Source of the DNA: Ylistrum balloti
Lineage: Eukaryota
DNA: 64,000 nt
Assembly: GCF_031769215.1 (NCBI RefSeq)
Contig: NW_026782427.1
Location: 1-64,000 of the forward strand
Reading direction: 5' to 3'
Shown here: piece by piece, positions 61,135 to 64,000 of the stretch
How positions within the stretch are numbered: position 1 is the first letter of the stretch
How the letters are laid out: the number at the start of each line of letters is the position of its first letter
Position numbers and translations under genes: made by a program
The notes under the pieces: model-generated
What the model saw: only the letters and a program-made list of their open reading frames with translations
Told to the model about the DNA's origin: nothing
Databases searched by the model: none

Positions 61135-64000
61135 AACTTGAGACACCAAAAGTGAAACTTAAGGAAACATGTGCGTTATCCAGCACAGAGCGCAGTCGCA
61201 TGTAAGTAACCCATGTGTGACACAGTTTGGTTGAAGACCGACTCAAACATTTTTGTTGGGAGCCAGTGAAAATTTGAATCAACTCGCCCAAATTGCATGT
61301 TGATATACTTTAATATTATTAATTGGAATGTGGAATGGGATGCTGTTTGCCGACATATTGAGCATTACATGCTTAGATTAATTTATCCAAGCCAAGTATG
61401 CACTCCCTCAAAGAAATTTGTTTTTTTTATATTAGTGAAAGCGTACTTTACTTCTTGAAGCTGTTCGTTTTGCCTGAATTTTTGTCTCGCCTTTTGCTGG
61501 CGTCGACGTTAAACAAAATCCTAAACAAAATGTTAAGGTTTCCGTTTAACTGTAGTTTATGAAAAGTACTGGGGCCACAGTAACCAAACTTGACATAAAA
61601 GTACCTTAGGTGATACCTCTCTCTCTCTCCCCCATTAAAAAAAATCCTAAACCATTCGACATGTGCATAGGCGAGACAAATCATTCTGCAGAATTCTTGT
61701 AAAATATACCTGTTTATATTTGTGTTTAGCTGATATCAAGGAATTAGAAATTAGGAATTATTAATTATATAGTTATCCCCTGTGGAAAGCACTTTGTGCA
61801 CATTAAAGATTCCACAGTGACTGCCTAGATGGACATCTCAAATTAAACCGGAGATGATAATCTTTTGGTATGTGTCTGGTTTGTGAATGATTCTGGTCAA
61901 TTTTACAGTTATCCAAACCTTTCAGTTTCCTTCTTGTATATTATTAGTTTCATTCTTGGACAGTTCTAGTTCTTATAAGTACAGTTTGTTCTAATGCCTA
62001 TGGCAGTTTGATTGTGGCTCATAAATTATCTCCTGATTTGTACATGATCTTGTATTTGCAGTCGCAGACAACGATTAAAAGAGGATCCAGTCAAGTGGGC
62101 GAAATATCTCGCATCTGAGGCAGCTCGTAAGAGAGTGGAACGAAGAAGAGATCAGACTGATGAACAAAAAGCAAGAACCAGAATGTTGAACAAGAAGAGA
62201 CAGGAACGTTATCGATTGAAACAAAAAGAAAAAGGTGTGACCCTGAAACCAAAACCAAAACCTACAGGCATGGTTACGAGAAAGGAACAGGAGAAGAAAA
62301 GAGAGTATTGGAAGTTAAAACAAAGGGAGTACCGGGAGAAACGATCAAGCCAAAAAATTAGGAGATGCAGGGAAAAAGACAAAATATATAGACGCAATCT
62401 GAGATCGCCCAGCATTGTTTTAACAACAACACAAAATAACACTAAAAAGACAGAAAACATCTCAGAAGATGCAATAAGAAAAGCTGCTTCAAGATCTAAG
62501 GCTAAATTACCAAAACGACCAGAGACATTTGCTAGAACGATCAAGTATGTACTGGAAAAAGCAACGCCAAACAAGCAGGAAGCCGTGAGAAGGAGTGGCA
62601 TCCTGTGGAGTCCTGGCGCCAAGAAAAAGTTGAAATTTTATGAGAAAGCTTTTGACACCCTAAAGAACGCTGTAAAGGAAACCAAATGCAAACGGGAAGT
62701 TGTGTCTGCCTTTAAAATCATGAAGAAGTACAAGATGCAGACGTCATTGTCACTCGCCCTTGGGGTGAGAGCAGGGTTTTTCAGCTCTTTTTCTGAAAAC
62801 CGGGCAAAACGAAGCGACAGAACGACAGAAGCAACGAAATTGAAAATAAATTTCTTCTACAACTGTCCCACTGTTGCCACAACCATACCAGATAGGAAAG
62901 CTGTGAAAGATGGTGTTGCACTGAAAGTAATAGACCGACCACTCAAAGACATTTATCAAGAATTTGTCAAACAACATCCTGAAGAAAAGGTTAGCTTTTC
63001 AAATTTTGCTATGAACCGGCCTAAACATGTCAACACGACAGCAAATCAGAAGTGGTATAGCTGCCTTTGCGAGTACTGTACGAATGTTGACCTCAAGATC
63101 CGAGCACTGAACATTTTTCTAAATTCCAAAAACTACCAAGAACTGAGAATAGATAACCGCTATCGTGCAGTTGATCTAACCATGTGTGAGAGTGGGAATT
63201 TTCACCATCGCAGATGTATTGAAAGGAACTGTCCCAACTGTAGCACAGACAACATTATTACACACCTCCAGCCGGTTCTCCAATCGCATGGAGCCGAGGA
63301 AATACCATATATGGCATGGGAGAAGGTGAAGTAAAAAAACCGCAGGGGGAAGGATGTCACAAGAGTGATGATGGCTCATAAGAAAGAGAGCTGCCAGGCA
63401 ATGGTAATCAAGTTGATGGATCAATTGGCTCCAATGGCAAAACATTTGTTCAATGCCAGATGGCAACAATCTGCCTTCACCAAACTGATCAAGAACATAC
63501 CGAACAATTGGGTGGTAATTAATCTTGACTTTGCAGAAAACTATGCCTGCGTCTCCCAAATGGAAATCCAAAGTGCCCATTGGTGTCACCACCAGATCAC
63601 TATCCATCCTGTTGTAGCCTACTACAAGTGTACCAAATGTCCGGAGGTTGTTCAGGAAGCGATATTGATAGTAAGCGATGATTTAACACACGATGCACAT
63701 GCAGTCCAGACATTCGTGAAACGTACCAATGATCACCTTCAAACGAAGCGAAATCTAATTATTGAGCATGAAGTCCAGTTCTCGGATGGGTGTGCAAGTC
63801 AATACAAGTCACATCAACCATTTTCAGACATCTCCCATGCTAGGGAAGACTTTGGCTTTGACATTGAACGTCATTATTATGGATCCCGACATGGCAAAGG
63901 CCCCTGTGATGGGGCGGGAGCTGTCATCAAAAGCTCCGCACGAAGGGCAGTCAAAGGTCAAAGGTGCGTGATAAACAATGCTAAAGACCTTTATGACTTT
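61135..64000 (+). pseudogene. Sola2-type DDD transposase; exons 61135-61201 and 62062 to beyond 64000; one in-frame stop
   Basis: The splice gives ALSSTERSR|IRRQRLKE. The frame continues past TAA at 63332-63334 into DFAENY, EIQSAHW, SDDLTHD, FSDGCASQYK and HGKGPCDG, and stays open to the window end. Confidence 0.8.

Larger units (their letters stand above)
59086..64000 (+). mobile_element. Sola2-like DNA transposon (runs off the window)
   Basis: Putative terminus GGGTCATTCC at 59086, subterminal tgtcggtcaa repeats at ~59480, ~59657 and ~59823, and a downstream transposase. The link between this terminus and the transposase is inferred. Confidence 0.6.

Overview
AT-rich eukaryotic DNA with GT-AG introns. 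The repeat types suggest a marine invertebrate, probably a bivalve (inference). I found no host gene: the window is almost entirely nested transposable elements. Left to right: a tandem PC4-like pseudogene; a FLYWCH-MULE transposase; two Ngaro/DIRS retrotransposon halves; a Kolobok element (intron-containing THAP transposase plus convergent KolX) inserted at TTAA into a LINE ORF1; an ISL2EU remnant; an env-bearing LTR element; an Academ 5' end; a Mag-clade gag; then SGNH, KolX, SET, Myb and LINE remnants. The clearest structure is a four-level nest. A Gypsy integrase is split by an AcademH element (32451-46523, 10-bp TSD GGGAAATGGG). That element encodes a truncated transposase, an intact RecQ-like helicase and an unexpected intact SGNH-hydrolase ORF. 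It holds an apparently intact ISL2EU transposon (38892-46470, AT TSD), which in turn holds a TA-TSD MITE. A Steamer-like Mag element, a DIRS element and a Sola2-like transposon follow. The best candidate for something undescribed is the AcademH three-gene module with SGNH cargo. All family assignments come from motif recognition, not database searches.
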